Source: Naegleria gruberi
Taxonomy: Eukaryota
Strand: one strand, 5' to 3'
DNA length: 64,000 nt
Assembly: GCA_000004985.1 (NCBI GenBank)
Contig: GG738892.1
The position numbers and the translations under genes were made by a program. Shown here in pieces: positions 1 through 11,337 of the stretch (its first letter is position 1; every line of letters starts with the position of its first letter). Below the pieces are notes generated by a model that saw only the letters and a program-made list of their open reading frames with translations, did no database searches and had not been told where the DNA came from.

Positions 1-1460
1 TAATTTCATTGTAAATGGAGGTATTGGAATACCAAATGAGCATTATCACATTTGGAGAGATGGTTACAATAGCTATTTATATGCAACTGGTAAGAGATTT
101 AAGCAATCTTTACAAAAGCATCATGTCAATAATTCGATAATGACTGATGCCAAATTGAGATTAATTAGAGAAAAGTGGAATACTGCCATTTCTGGAAAAA
201 GCCAACAAAAGAAAAATCAAGTGAGATCTAAAAGGGATGAGAATAAATCCTTGTTAAATCTCATCAAGAAGATTATTAAGGATCGATTATTTATGAGAAA
301 GTACTTTGATGGTGATAGGTTTAAATCTAAGAGATTTGAATTTCGTGAACAGATTTATTTTGAAAAGAAACTTCAAGTTCATGATTCTCTTCTTCGTTAT
401 ACTGATCACAAGAAGTATTTAGCTAAATTGGAGGAAGCCAAGAAATTGTACAACAATCAAGACACATTGGAGAAACAAATTGAAAGTTTAATTCATTCTG
501 AATATGAAAAGCCAGAGATTGAGGAGATTATAATTGGAGATTTACATGACAATAGTGGACCAACTGATCTATTTCTNNNNNNNNNNNNNNNNNNNNNNNN
601 NNNNNNNNNNNNNNNNNNNNNNNNNNNNNNNNNNNNNNNNNNNNNNNNNNNNNNNNNNNNNNNNNNNNNNNNNNNNNNNNNNNNNNNNNNNNNNNNNNNN
701 NNNNNNNNNNNNNNNNNNNNNNNNNNNNNNNNNNNNNNNNNNNNNNNNNNNNNNNNNNNNNNNNNNNNNNNNNNNNNNNNNNNNNNNNNNNNNNNNNNNN
801 NNNNNNNNNNNNNNNNNNNNNNNNNNNNNNNNNNNNNNNNNNNNNNNNNNNNNNNNNNNNNNNNNNNNNNNNNNNNNNNNNNNNNNNNNNNNNNNNNNNN
901 NNNNNNNNNNNNNNNNNNNNNNNNNNNNNNNNNNNNNNNNNNNNNNNNNNNNNNNNNNNNNNNNNNNNNNNNNNNNNNNNNNNNNNNNNNNNNNNNNNNN
1001 NNNNNNNNNNNNNNNNNNNNNNNNNNNNNNNNNNNNNNNNNNNNNNNNNNNNNNNNNNNNNNNNNNNNNNNNNNNNNNNNNNNNNNNNNNNNNNNNNNNN
1101 NNNNNNNNNNNNNNNNNNNNNNNNNNNNNNNNNNNNNNNNNNNNNNNNNNNNNNNNNNNNNNNNNNNNNNNNNNNNNNNNNNNNNNNNNNNNNNNNNNNN
1201 NNNNNNNNNNNNNNNNNNNNNNNNNNNNNNNNNNNNNNNNNNNNNNNNNNNNNNNNNNNNNNNNNNNNNNNNNNNNNNNNNNNNNNNNNNNNNNNNNNNN
1301 NNNNNNNNNNNNNNNNNNNNNNNNNNNNNNNNNNNNNNNNNNNTACATGGACCCCTTTCACATGGAAAATATTGTGGAAATATTTGATAGACTTGGAATT
1401 GTTCTGGATGTGTATTATTATGAAAGGTATAAAATAGATGAGTATGTTTTCGATTGGTAA
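1..1460 (+). CDS. Partial gene of unknown function, lysine-rich. The reading frame is open from the window start and is interrupted by an assembly gap, and the frame differs on the two sides of the gap.
   Basis: The ORF is open from position 2 through 577. After the N-run a protein-like frame continues to a stop at 1460 (..YMDPFHMENIVEIFDRLGIVLDVYYYERYKIDEYVFDW). I recognise no domain. Confidence 0.3.
578..1343. other. Assembly gap (run of N).
   Basis: Continuous n characters. Confidence 0.99.
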
Positions 1461-1738
1461 AATACGCAATCTATCGAAATGAAAATAATAAAACCAAATC
1501 TTTGTAACAGTATTGACAAATTTCGTTGATTACCACTGTAAAAAATCGTATATGGTAGAAGCTCACTCAACATATTCTTCATCCAAAAGGCTGGGGTTGA
1601 ATGCTGCCTTTTAGGTCATGGACTTTATTGAACTCTTGTCCATTTAAAAACTTGTTTACTCGGTAATTTATTACAGAATTCTCCTGAACAAAATAATGAG
1701 ATAGTGTAATTACATATTTTACAGTCTGGTTTGGTTTT

Positions 1739-3347
1739 TTATTGAATATGTTGGCTTTCTTGGTAAGTTGGAGTAGCACTGAATCGTTGATAACCCTTAA
1801 TTACCTTATTGATAGCATCGAGCATATCCTTTTCGGAAACTGTCTTTCTTCTTGCTCGAATAGCAAACATACCAGCTTCTGTACAAACAGATCTAATTTC
1901 AGCACCTGTAGCATTAGGACACAAACGAGCCAATAATTCATATCTGATATCCTTGTCAACGTTCATATTCTTGGCGTGAATTCTGAAAATGTTAGTTCTT
2001 GCTTCAAGATCTGGAAGACCAAATTCAATCTTACGATCCAATCTACCAGGTCTCATCAAAGCAGGATCCAGAATATCTGGTCTGTTAGTAGCCATGAGAA
2101 CCTTAATATTACCACGAGCCTCAAAACCATCCAATTGGTTGACAATTTCAAGCATAGTTCTTTGAACTTCATTGTCACCACCAGCACCATCGTCAAAACG
2201 AGTACCACCAATAGCATCAACTTCATCAAAGAAAATAATACAAGCTTTACGTTGACGAGCCATTTGGAACAATTCTCTTACCATACGAGCGCCTTCACCG
2301 ACATATTTTTGAACCAATTCAGATCCAATAACACGAATAAAGGTAGCATCGGTTCTGTTAGCAACAGCTCTAGCAAGCAATGTTTTACCAGTACCTGGTG
2401 GACCATAGAGCAAGACTAATTTTTCAATTAAAGTAAAAACTCAAATAGTGACACTTACCTCCTTTTGGTGGGTCAATACCAAGACCTTCGAATTTTTCTG
2501 GATGGAGAAGTGGTGTCTCAACAACTTCACGGATTTTATCAATTTGCTCCTTAGATCCACCAATATCATTATATGTAATATCTGGTTTTTCTTCCACAGT
2601 CATCATTGTAACACTGGCATCAATTTTTGGAGGGAGTGGAATACGAATTTGATATTTTGTACGATCAACACCAATACGCATACCTTCTTCAATATCTGTT
2701 GGTGCTACGTTTTCTCCTAATCCTACAACATATTTAGCAATTTGACGAACATTGATGAGGTACTTTGGTTCCTCTTCATCATCATCAATAATTTTTGTAC
2801 ATCTAGCAACTTGCAATGGCATTTCATGTTGAAGAGTTGCTTTATCTTGTTGAATATCCCAAAGACTTGGATTTGCCAAGCCAGTATCAGATTCCTTTAC
2901 ACCACATAATTCATTTACTTCTTGTACCATTTTCTTAAGGCCATCTTCTGTTTCTTTTCTATGATATTGTTGATTCAATAATTATAAAATTGATCCAAAT
3001 TAATCCGAACAATAAAATTGTAGCAAGTTGATCAGGTTGTAAATCATCATTTTCAGTCATTAATGTTAGTGTTATGAGTTATTGTTATTAACGAAAATAT
3101 AGTAGATATACATTATTATACAATATAAGTAATATGTTAAGATTGTACAAAATCTAAGCTACTTTGTTTTGAAGCTAGCGACTTACATTTTTCCAGAGTA
3201 TGGTCCTTGTCCATATCGTTTAATCAATTTAATTTCTTCGGCATCCAATGGATTTATAGGTGTATCTTTCTTTTCATCTTCCTTGTTATCACTTGATTCT
3301 GGTTTCTTTTCCTCTGGTTTCTTATTGTCTTGTTCTTGTTGAGACAT
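1739..3347 (-). CDS. RPT1: 26S proteasome regulatory ATPase subunit Rpt1 (PSMC2/S7 orthologue). Three exons: 3347..3189, 2958..2460 and 2415..1739.
   Basis: Exon 1 translates as [13 protein letters not shown]...[13 protein letters not shown]. Across a ~230-nt GTAAGT...AG intron it continues [28 protein letters not shown]...QVARCTKII...IDPPKG. Across a 44-nt intron it continues [18 protein letters not shown] (Walker A)...[25 protein letters not shown]...[26 protein letters not shown]...[10 protein letters not shown]. This is collinear with human PSMC2 as I recall it, including the C-terminal KFSATPRY region. Confidence 0.9.
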
Positions 3348-3513
3348 TTTTTGATTTTGTGTTGTATGGTGTGTTTGAAGTTAAGTGCTAAAAATAAAAT
3401 TGTGTTTCCGTATTTTTAGTCTTCTGCATGATCCAAAGCTAACATCAGCTGATTAGAAAACAAAATGTTGATGATGGATTTGTAATAAGATTGAATTCAT
3501 TTATTGTTTGATT

Positions 3514-5852
3514 TTAATCATAGTCATTGAAACTTTGTTCCTCATTTTCAAAGGATCCAAGTATTTGCTCCAATTCTTCACTTGGCATGAATACTTCACT
3601 GCCATAAGTTGGTGGAATATTTGTCACGGTTGGAAGAAAGTTATGTTGTAAATGTTGTGGATTAATATCAGCAAAGGATGGTGGTAAATGAGTTTGATTG
3701 ATCATATTTACATCAAATGAATGTTGTTGGGATTGGATTGAATTATTTCTCATAGAAGATGCTTGAACACTGATAGTGTTACAAATTTGGGAAAGAAGTT
3801 CTGATACAGAGGGATCATTAAGCGTATTATTTGTTGGATTGATGGGAATAAATGCTTGTTGAGGTGATTGGAATTCTCCAGATGAGCTAGAACTAGTGTA
3901 CGGTGATGAGGTTGAGGAAGAGGATGAAGACATGATTTCTTCAAATCTTGGAGGTTGAGGATTAACATTTCCAAATGGTAAGTTAGGATTCATAGTTGGT
4001 GCTGTTTGAGTGTTAATTACAGGTTGTTGGGTAGGTGGTTGTTGTCTCTTTGCAATTTGGGATGTTAATTCCTCAATTGAATTGACAGTATTGGTTCCTT
4101 CTATTACTTCTGCTTGTTCTTTCATAATTATTCCACAAAACTTGTTAACTCTTCCATATCTTGTTCCTAGTATTTTCAAAGCTCTTAATCCTTTAGCTAC
4201 ATAATCGTAATAGTCAATACCCTCTGCTAAATTAACTCGTTTTCCAACTCTTATCATTCTAATTATTGACAAGTGAACTTTACAAGCGCCAGCCACAACA
4301 CTGGTTAAGGCTACAGGTACAACTGGGAATGTTTCTTTTGTAGTTTCATCAATAATCTTGTTGGCAGATACTTCAATTAAGTGACCTCGAATACCAGCCT
4401 CAATTAAAATTCTCATTCGAGAACCATGATAGACCATACTGTCAGTAATGGTGGCTAATTCTCGTTGTTCAGGAGTAAACGAAAATGTTTGATTGTGAAG
4501 AGTAAGGAATGAACAAACGCTATCTAGTAATCCAAGATAACTAATGACGTTTTGAGGAGTAATTTTCTGTTTAGCAATTGTCATATATTCCTCTGGCATT
4601 TGTCTACCAGTGGCATATCTATAAATTAATGTCAGTCTTGTACACATGAAATGTTCATCTTCAGTTGAGTGATAATTTTGTGAATCTATACTCAATCGTG
4701 TAACTGTTTTAACCTTGTCCAAATTTTTCATTTCAGGTGTCAAATTATCATGATCCAACAAGTTCTTTTCTTTGAAATAGTAATCTACATTATTTAAATA
4801 GAATCTTGCTCTACTATCATCTCCTTCTCCTGCAAAAAAGTAACTAATGTAATTAAATGTACTAACTACAAAGAAATCGTCACACTTATCGAATAGGGAT
4901 GATAAAAGTTGTTTTGAAATATTGATATCTTCCATAGCTCGTTCTCGTCTTCCTAATCGTTGTTCAACAAGGGCTTGAATAGAAAATACTAAAGCCATCA
5001 ATTCTGTATTATTATATGGATTTTCTGTAAAGAGAAAATCTTCCAAGACTTTTCTTCCAACAACAGGATGCCCTCCTGAAACAATATTGAAATAAGAATC
5101 AATAGTATTAATTTTCAAAAATTGTTTGTAGAGAGAGTAATTCTCGCTTAATAAATTATTCAATGTTGATGGAATGAGCATTGTTAATTTCTTTCTTAAT
5201 TCAAAATCTTGTTCTGGATTTGTAGGAACAGGATATGGATCTTTTCTTTGAGAGTATTTCAATCTACTTCCTTGTATTTCATTCTCCGAACTTATTAATA
5301 AATTACTTGCTTGATTTTGAGAAATTGCCAATTGATTTGTTGATGATCCTGGTGCTCCTGTATCCTTCTTCTTTTTGTTTTTACCTCCTCTAATTCTTCC
5401 TTTCTTTTTTGGTTCTCTATATATACATTCTCTTCCTCTTAGTTGGCATTCACTGCAAATTGGTAATTTCTATTTAAATAATAATAATTAATATTAATTT
5501 CAAAAGTATGCAATTTATACTTACCTTGTCACACTACACAATGATAAATTAATAATCATACAAGTTAAATTCCTTACCTTTTTATGCTAAACAATAAATA
5601 AATTAATAATCAATTAATTGATAAAATCCTTACCATACTTCTACAAGTTGCACAAGCAATAGGATGATATGAAAAATTTGGATCTCTTGGTGTATCATCA
5701 TTATCAAATTCGTCATCATCATCAAAATCATTAGCTTGTTTTCCAACAAGAGATTCTGAGCCGAAAGTTGACATCGGATTGAATTCTCCAGATGAACTCA
5801 TGATGTTGTTATTATTATTGTTGTTATTGAGAGTTTTTATATAAAATTTCAA
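3514..5852 (-). CDS. Zn(II)2Cys6 binuclear-cluster transcription factor with a C-terminal fungal-specific TF-like region. Five exons including two 9-nt microexons (5586..5578 and 5533..5525). The alternative start is the ATG at 5801.
   Basis: The spliced DNA-binding domain reads ...YHPIACATCRSM|HKK|CDK|KLPICSECQLRGRECIY, i.e. C-x2-C-x6-C-x6-C-x2-C-x6-C. All three introns (47, 44 and 55 nt) begin GTAAG and end AG. The large 3' exon (5469..3514) encodes a 605-aa region typical of fungal Zn-cluster factors and ends in a Ser/Gln/Asn-rich tail. Confidence 0.75.
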
Positions 5853-6261
5853 AGATTCTTTTAAATGTGATTTAGTCGATCGAACAACTCCTATTCCGCA
5901 ACAATCAAGTATTAATTTTCTTTAATTTTTTGTTGTGTGTTGTTGAATATTTTCTGATTCAATTTGTCAATGATGATGTTGACGTTTGTTTTTGCTAATG
6001 TTGTGGTGATGAAGGAGATTTGGAAATTTGCCGTTGATTTTTAGCAGCAAGCTTGGCCTTCTTCTCTCTTTGCGCAAGTTTTTAAAAATTTGAATGAATG
6101 GACAAGGGAAAAATAAAAGGCAAGGTTGTTGTATAATACCTCAATGATTCCTACTCAAAATGAAGTCGTTAGATTCCTTATTAATATGATGGAAACATTC
6201 ATAATACTGTTATAAATTGAATATCTGGATTGTCAGAGTTGAGTTGTGTGAATAGGTTTAT

Positions 6262-7087
6262 TTATCCTTGAGCAACATCAGCAGCTGGTTCAGCAACTTC
6301 TTGTTCTCCAGCAACTTCAGCCATCTTGTGAGCAATCTGTTCAACAGCTTCCCAAACGAGGTGAGCTTCTTCTGGATTGGCTTCTTCATCATCAGATGGT
6401 TGTTGTTGTTGTTGGAGCAGTAACCTTGGTGACCTTGACCATCTTGTGAGCCATCTTTTCAACAGCAGACCAAGCTTGTTGAGCTGGGTTGACTGGAAGA
6501 GTAGCTTGCTTTGGAACAACAGTAGTAGCAGCAACAGTTTGTTGTTGTTGTTGTTGAGCTGGGGTAGCAATAGTAGTAGTCATAGCAACAGCTTCTTGTT
6601 TAGCAGCAGATGCAGATTGTTCCAATAAAGTCTTCATTTCTTCCAAAGCCTTCTTCATAACAGTTTGAACAACACCCTTGACTGGGAGGACAAACTTTGG
6701 TCCATTAGCTTGTTGTTCTTTAGCGAATTTTCTCATTAATTTTCTAACAAAACGAACGGAACGAGAGAATTTCTTTGACATCTTTAAAGAATCAACCCAG
6801 TTGGTGACTTCTTCAGTTCTTCCTTGTCCCTTCAAGATGAGTAAATAACGAACCATTCTAGCGAGATTAGTGATGGATTCATTCATTTCCTTCTTATCGA
6901 ATTGTCTTCTTTTAACGGAAGTGGACTTGATCAAATTCAATGACTTTAGATCAGTGAGTAAATTTCCTAAAAATACACTTGGTTGTGGTGTTTCTTCTTG
7001 TTGTTGGGCGAGAACAGATGAATGTGCTGACAACAACAAAACCATCATCAAGGTGGCAACGACAGCAAGTTTGACAAATGACTTCAT
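6262..7087 (-). CDS. Predicted secreted protein with an internal repeat. The reading frame breaks near 6392-6440, which could be an intron or a frameshift.
   Basis: The N-terminus MKSFVKLAVVATLMMVLLLSAHSSVLA is a signal peptide. The motif AWSAVEKMAHKMVKVT is repeated as VWEAVEQIAHKMAEVA in the overlapping downstream ORF 6262..6570 in another frame. There are Gln runs. Confidence 0.45.
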
Positions 7088-7320
7088 TTTTTAATAGGAT
7101 GATATTTTTACTCATTACAGCTTTCTGAGACAGTGATTGGCGCATTAAGTGAATGTGGTTATAATCTCTGTTTTAGTTGTTAGGATTGAAATCAATTTGA
7201 TTACAATAAGAAAAACAATAGTTTGTCAAGCTATTCGAAAGGTTTTTTTGTTTTCCAGCTTGTAGGTTTCCTTTCTCCTTTACCTGCAATAAACAAGCAA
7301 GATTCATAATGGTGAGAAAA

Positions 7321-7382
7321 GGAAACATAGAGTAAAAAGCCAAAAATGGAGTCATAGGGAATCGAACCCTAGACCTTCTGCA

Positions 7383-7413
<31 letters not shown>

Positions 7414-7458
7414 AACCCCTACTATTTTGTTTTTTAAATATACTACTCCATTTGTTAG
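7321..7458. repeat. Copy 1 of a ~140-bp duplicated unit that carries the tRNA-Ala gene and its flanks.
   Basis: Near-identical to 9464..9598, including about 25 bp on the 3' side of the tRNA (aaa[c/t]atagagtaaa[a/t]agccaaaaa) and about 40 bp on the 5' side (tact[a/g]ttttgtt[t/a]tttaaa[a]tatactactccatttgtta). Confidence 0.85.
7347..7419 (-). tRNA. tRNA-Ala, anticodon UGC.
   Basis: The reverse complement reads GGGGTTATAGCTCAGTTGGTAGAGCGTCTGCTTTGCATGCAGAAGGTCTAGGGTTCGATTCCCTATGACTCCA. It has a cloverleaf with a G3:U70 wobble pair in the acceptor stem (the alanine identity element), anticodon loop CTTTGCATG and T-loop GGTTCGATTCC. It is followed immediately by a TTTTT Pol III terminator. Confidence 0.92.
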
Positions 7459-7607
7459 ATTACAATGAGCTCTGTCTCGCGTTATTGATCTAGTGTGTAC
7501 TAAAAACTTGATTATAATTTGAATAACATTGAACCTTCAAGCCAATTAGCATAAAAAATGAAACCATTTACACTTCATTCACAAGGTGGGTTTTTTCTCA
7601 TGACTAT

Positions 7608-8756
7608 TTGATTCCAATAAGAATGAAAGCAATATTTGCTGATGATATTTGTGTTGAAATATTTTCCTTCTTATCCGAAGATTGTAAATCGATGATGATT
7701 TATTCTCTTGTTTCAAATCAGTGGTTAACAATCATTCGAGAAAGGTCGAATATTTCTCTTTGCATCAACACAAGAAAAATGGTCAACCATGAATTGTTGA
7801 ATTATTTTACAAAGATAAAGTTTGCGCCATCAACATTTAATGACCTGGGATTTAACAAGATCAATACGAAACGATTAAAAGAGATTGAAATAATGTATAA
7901 TCGGCTTGGTGTTGAAGGAGCAAAATTGATTGGAAAATTGTCTCAGTTGACTATTTTAAATATCAGTAATAATCAGATTGGGGATTTAGGAGCTCAATCA
8001 ATAAGTGAATTGAAACTACTAAAGGAGCTTTTTGCTGATAACAATCAAATTGGCAATACAGGAGTCAGTTTTATAAGCCAATTGAAACAATTACTCAAAC
8101 TTTCACTGATGGGAAATTATTTTGACAATGAAGGTGTTTATTCAATTAGTAAAATGGACCAATTGACTGAACTGGATATAGGAACGAACAAAATCGATGA
8201 AAAAGGGGCTCAATATATTGGTGAAATGAAACAATTAAGGAAACTTTTCATTTCTGGAACTCAAATTGGTTCAGAAGGAGCTAAAGCCATCAGTGGATTA
8301 CCAAATTTGACCAATTTAAATATTGGATACAGTCAGATTGGGATTGAAGGTGCAAAATATGTTTGTGGAATGCATCAATTAACTCAACTTGGAATTGGAA
8401 ACAGCAGAATTGGAGTTGAAACAGCTAAACTAATTGGTCAATTGAAACATTTAACTTTTTTGGTGATTGAAGGTAATAATATAGGTGATGAGGGTGCAAA
8501 ATATATTAGTGAAGCTAAATTGAAGAAATTAGTAATTAGCAATGGAAGAATTGGTGGAGAAGGCGCTCAATATATTGCTAAATTACATCAATTAACTAAT
8601 CTTGACATTAGTTGTAATAATGTGGATACAGCAGGTGCTAGATCAATAAGTAAATTACCCAATTTGACAATACTCGATATAAGTGTCAATAAAATTGGAT
8701 CAGGAGGAGCAAGATTGATCAAAGGAATGACCCAATTGACCAAAGTCATTCAATAA
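7608..8756 (+). CDS. F-box / leucine-rich-repeat protein of the RNI-like type with 24-residue repeats. Single exon.
   Basis: The N-terminal ICVEIFSFLSEDCKSMMIYSLVSNQWLTII is F-box-like. It is followed by about 12 tandem 24-aa units of the form L..L.I..N.IGdeGAk.I..l.qLt. Confidence 0.7.
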   Translation: MIPIRMKAIFADDICVEIFSFLSEDCKSMMIYSLVSNQWLTIIRERSNISLCINTRKMVNHELLNYFTKIKFAPSTFNDLGFNKINTKRLKEIEIMYNRLGVEGAKLIGKLSQLTILNISNNQIGDLGAQSISELKLLKELFADNNQIGNTGVSFISQLKQLLKLSLMGNYFDNEGVYSISKMDQLTELDIGTNKIDEKGAQYIGEMKQLRKLFISGTQIGSEGAKAISGLPNLTNLNIGYSQIGIEGAKYVCGMHQLTQLGIGNSRIGVETAKLIGQLKHLTFLVIEGNNIGDEGAKYISEAKLKKLVISNGRIGGEGAQYIAKLHQLTNLDISCNNVDTAGARSISKLPNLTILDISVNKIGSGGARLIKGMTQLTKVIQ

Positions 8757-9074
8757 AACAAGAGCATATGTAATTGGAAACTTTATTTATCAATATTGTT
8801 ATTCTCCATTTTCCGTTCAGTGGATTGGAAATCTTGCCATTGTGAATATAACAATGAATAAAAGCTAATTCGTATTTTTCGAAGTTATCTGTTCGGTTGT
8901 TGAATTCCCTTATTGGAAATAAGGGATTATTGGAGTTTTCAATTGCGTAAGCACAATCAATCGCTCAAAAACATTCACAACCAACGCACATTTCGAACAA
9001 CATAAACACAGTTCTACCAGAACATGTTTCTGTTTCAAATAGCATCAAAAAAATTGTTGGAAAATCATTGAAGA

Positions 9075-9398
9075 ATGTCCCAAAGAAACTATCAACTTAG
9101 AACTTACACTCTCAAAACTAAAGAAAGTGCATTACAATACAGAGATATTTGGTATGATCATGTTGAAAGTTTGAAAGTGGTTGGAATTCAAACTCATGGA
9201 ATTTTCATTCCTGTTGATTGTGAGGAGCAAGTGATTGCCTTGGTTAGTTACAATACTGATAAAACAGTTGAGGAATATACATTGGAATATATGAATAGTG
9301 AAGGATTTAAGAAAGATGTCAAGGATTTTGATATTTCAAATCTTGTCAAAGTTGAAACAAGAGAAATGACAGCTATTAAAGGATCTCCATTGCAATAA
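9075..9398 (+). CDS. Small protein, possibly a NIPSNAP/Dabb-like dimeric alpha+beta barrel.
   Basis: The N-terminal NYQLRTYTLKTKESALQYRDIWYDHVE resembles the NIPSNAP Y-E-L-R-T-Y-x-L-K motif. The protein is 107 aa. This is a weak call. Confidence 0.35.
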   Translation: MSQRNYQLRTYTLKTKESALQYRDIWYDHVESLKVVGIQTHGIFIPVDCEEQVIALVSYNTDKTVEEYTLEYMNSEGFKKDVKDFDISNLVKVETREMTAIKGSPLQ

Positions 9399-9463
9399 AA
9401 AAGAAATGACAACCAGATAACATCCAAATGTGTTAATAAACTTTGCTCAATTGAAAAGTGAAT

Positions 9464-9523
9464 GGAAATAGAGTAAATAGCCAAAAATGGAGTCATAGGG
9501 AATCGAACCCTAGACCTTCTGCA

Positions 9524-9554
<31 letters not shown>

Positions 9555-9598
9555 AACCCCTACTGTTTTGTTATTTAAAATATACTACTCCATTTGTT
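9464..9598. repeat. Copy 2 of the ~140-bp duplicated tRNA-Ala unit.
   Basis: See copy 1. It is in direct orientation, 2.1 kb downstream. Confidence 0.85.
9488..9560 (-). tRNA. tRNA-Ala, anticodon UGC. Second copy, with identical mature sequence.
   Basis: The same 73-nt sequence as 7347..7419, followed by the TTTTT terminator. Confidence 0.92.
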
Positions 9599-9867
9599 AT
9601 TGGAGGTGAATAACTATGTCAAACTAAATCCACCTTTTTAGATTCTCCTCAATCATAGTACAACTTTGTAACAACAGTTTCGTTATGTTTCAAACTTAGA
9701 ATTGATTCAATTTCACATTAAAATAAATATCACGATTCAAATTCAAAACTCAACATGAACGTTCAATTTCAAATTCAACTTTTAACTGACACAACGCTAG
9801 CAAATTTGTTAAAATCAACTCGAAAAAAATAACTCTACCGACCATCAACACCAATCAACACACAAAA

Positions 9868-11337
9868 ATGAAATCTTTCAAAGGCTACGAGAGAGTTTGG
9901 TATCCTCCGATGAATGAAGAAAGTTCTCTGAATTATTCTTCTTCAAATCAACATGAAAAATTCCCATTTTCTTTAATATCCTATAATATTCTTGCTCAGG
10001 CACTTTGTAATAGACAGGGATCACAGAAATACTTGACCAAGTCACAAGCAAGGTGGAATATTAGAAGAAATAATTTATTGAATGAAATTTCGCATTATAA
10101 TTCCGATTTGATTTCATTACAGGAATGTGATTTTTATGATAGTTTTTGGAAATCAGAATTGGAAAGATTGGGATATGAAACATTGTATAGTCAACAATTT
10201 AATTGTGAAAAGAATTATCAACCAATGCCATATGGATTATTGACAGCTTTCAAAAAGGACAAATTTAAATTATTGGAATTTGTTGTTTTGGATTATCAGA
10301 AGGAAGCTTTAAAAGATGTCAATATTACTGATATTGAAATTTACGAAGCCAAGCTGAGTGGAAATATTGCTCTCATTAGTGTACTATCACCGATTGACCA
10401 TCCTGAGAAGGTTCTTATCCTTTCTAATACTCATCTCTATTGGAGACCAGCATGCAATTCAGTTCGTGTCAGACAAGCACTCATTCTCATGCAAACAGTT
10501 CAGAAACTGAAAGAAACCTATGATAGCCAATCGTCGTACGAATCGGTTGAGTATGTCTGTACCGGGGACTATAACACTTCTCCGAATGATCCACCCTATA
10601 TTCTCCTAACAACAAGGAACCCCTCAAATAATGAACCTTTCAAGGGCGATTACAATGCTGTAAAATTGTGGGAGGTTATCAATAATGGAACAGATGACGA
10701 ATTTATTAAGGAATTTCCTCTTGTGTTTGTTGAGGAAATCAAGTTGGTTTTGGAATCCAAGTTACAAATGGAGTCGTCATTACAACTAACCTCAAATAGT
10801 ATAACTGTGGCTGATCCATTAAACGGCCAAGATTGCACGTCAATAGACACTGTATCTCGAGAATCAACAGAGGAATGCAACCAGGGTATTAAGGATACTG
10901 TTGTTTCCCAAGAGGAGGTTGAGAGAATTTTCAAAGAGCAATACCAGCAACGAATCAGAAACATTAAGCAGTGTATTCATCAATTTTCTTTATCTCTCCC
11001 TATTATTTCCCTTTATACATTCTATAATAGTCACTGTGACAAGGAAGAAGATATTAAGGCCATGAAGGTACACGAAAGGTGGAGCAATAATGACTTACCC
11101 TATACCACATATACGCCTCATTATATTTCCACTCTGGATTATGTATTTGTTAGTGAAAATTCCACACTTTCATTAACACATCTCTTATCTGTTCCGACAC
11201 CTCAACAAATTCAAGAGGAACACTCACAACTAACTCAATTGTTGGAAGAGAAGGATTCTGGAGATAGTCTCGTTTGGATTCCAAACGATATTCACTCATC
11301 TGATCACTTTAGTTTGGGAGTAAGGATGTCCCAATAA
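9868..11337 (+). CDS. Endonuclease/exonuclease/phosphatase (EEP) family protein, CCR4/nocturnin/angel-like putative deadenylase.
   Basis: FSLISYNILAQAL...SLQECDFYDSFW...SNTHLYWRP...IPNDIHSSDHFSL are the conserved EEP catalytic blocks in the right order. It is a single 489-aa ORF. Confidence 0.65.
   Translation: MKSFKGYERVWYPPMNEESSLNYSSSNQHEKFPFSLISYNILAQALCNRQGSQKYLTKSQARWNIRRNNLLNEISHYNSDLISLQECDFYDSFWKSELERLGYETLYSQQFNCEKNYQPMPYGLLTAFKKDKFKLLEFVVLDYQKEALKDVNITDIEIYEAKLSGNIALISVLSPIDHPEKVLILSNTHLYWRPACNSVRVRQALILMQTVQKLKETYDSQSSYESVEYVCTGDYNTSPNDPPYILLTTRNPSNNEPFKGDYNAVKLWEVINNGTDDEFIKEFPLVFVEEIKLVLESKLQMESSLQLTSNSITVADPLNGQDCTSIDTVSRESTEECNQGIKDTVVSQEEVERIFKEQYQQRIRNIKQCIHQFSLSLPIISLYTFYNSHCDKEEDIKAMKVHERWSNNDLPYTTYTPHYISTLDYVFVSENSTLSLTHLLSVPTPQQIQEEHSQLTQLLEEKDSGDSLVWIPNDIHSSDHFSLGVRMSQ

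Noticed and set aside
1742-2720. Numerous 60-120-aa ORFs on the strand opposite to or overlapping long genes, for example 1742..1936+, 1976..2419+, 2448..2720+, 20795..21227, 26065..28647 and 42926..43292.
   Set aside because: They lie antisense to or out of frame with strongly conserved coding sequence and have low-complexity translations. They are frame-shadow artefacts of AT-rich coding DNA.
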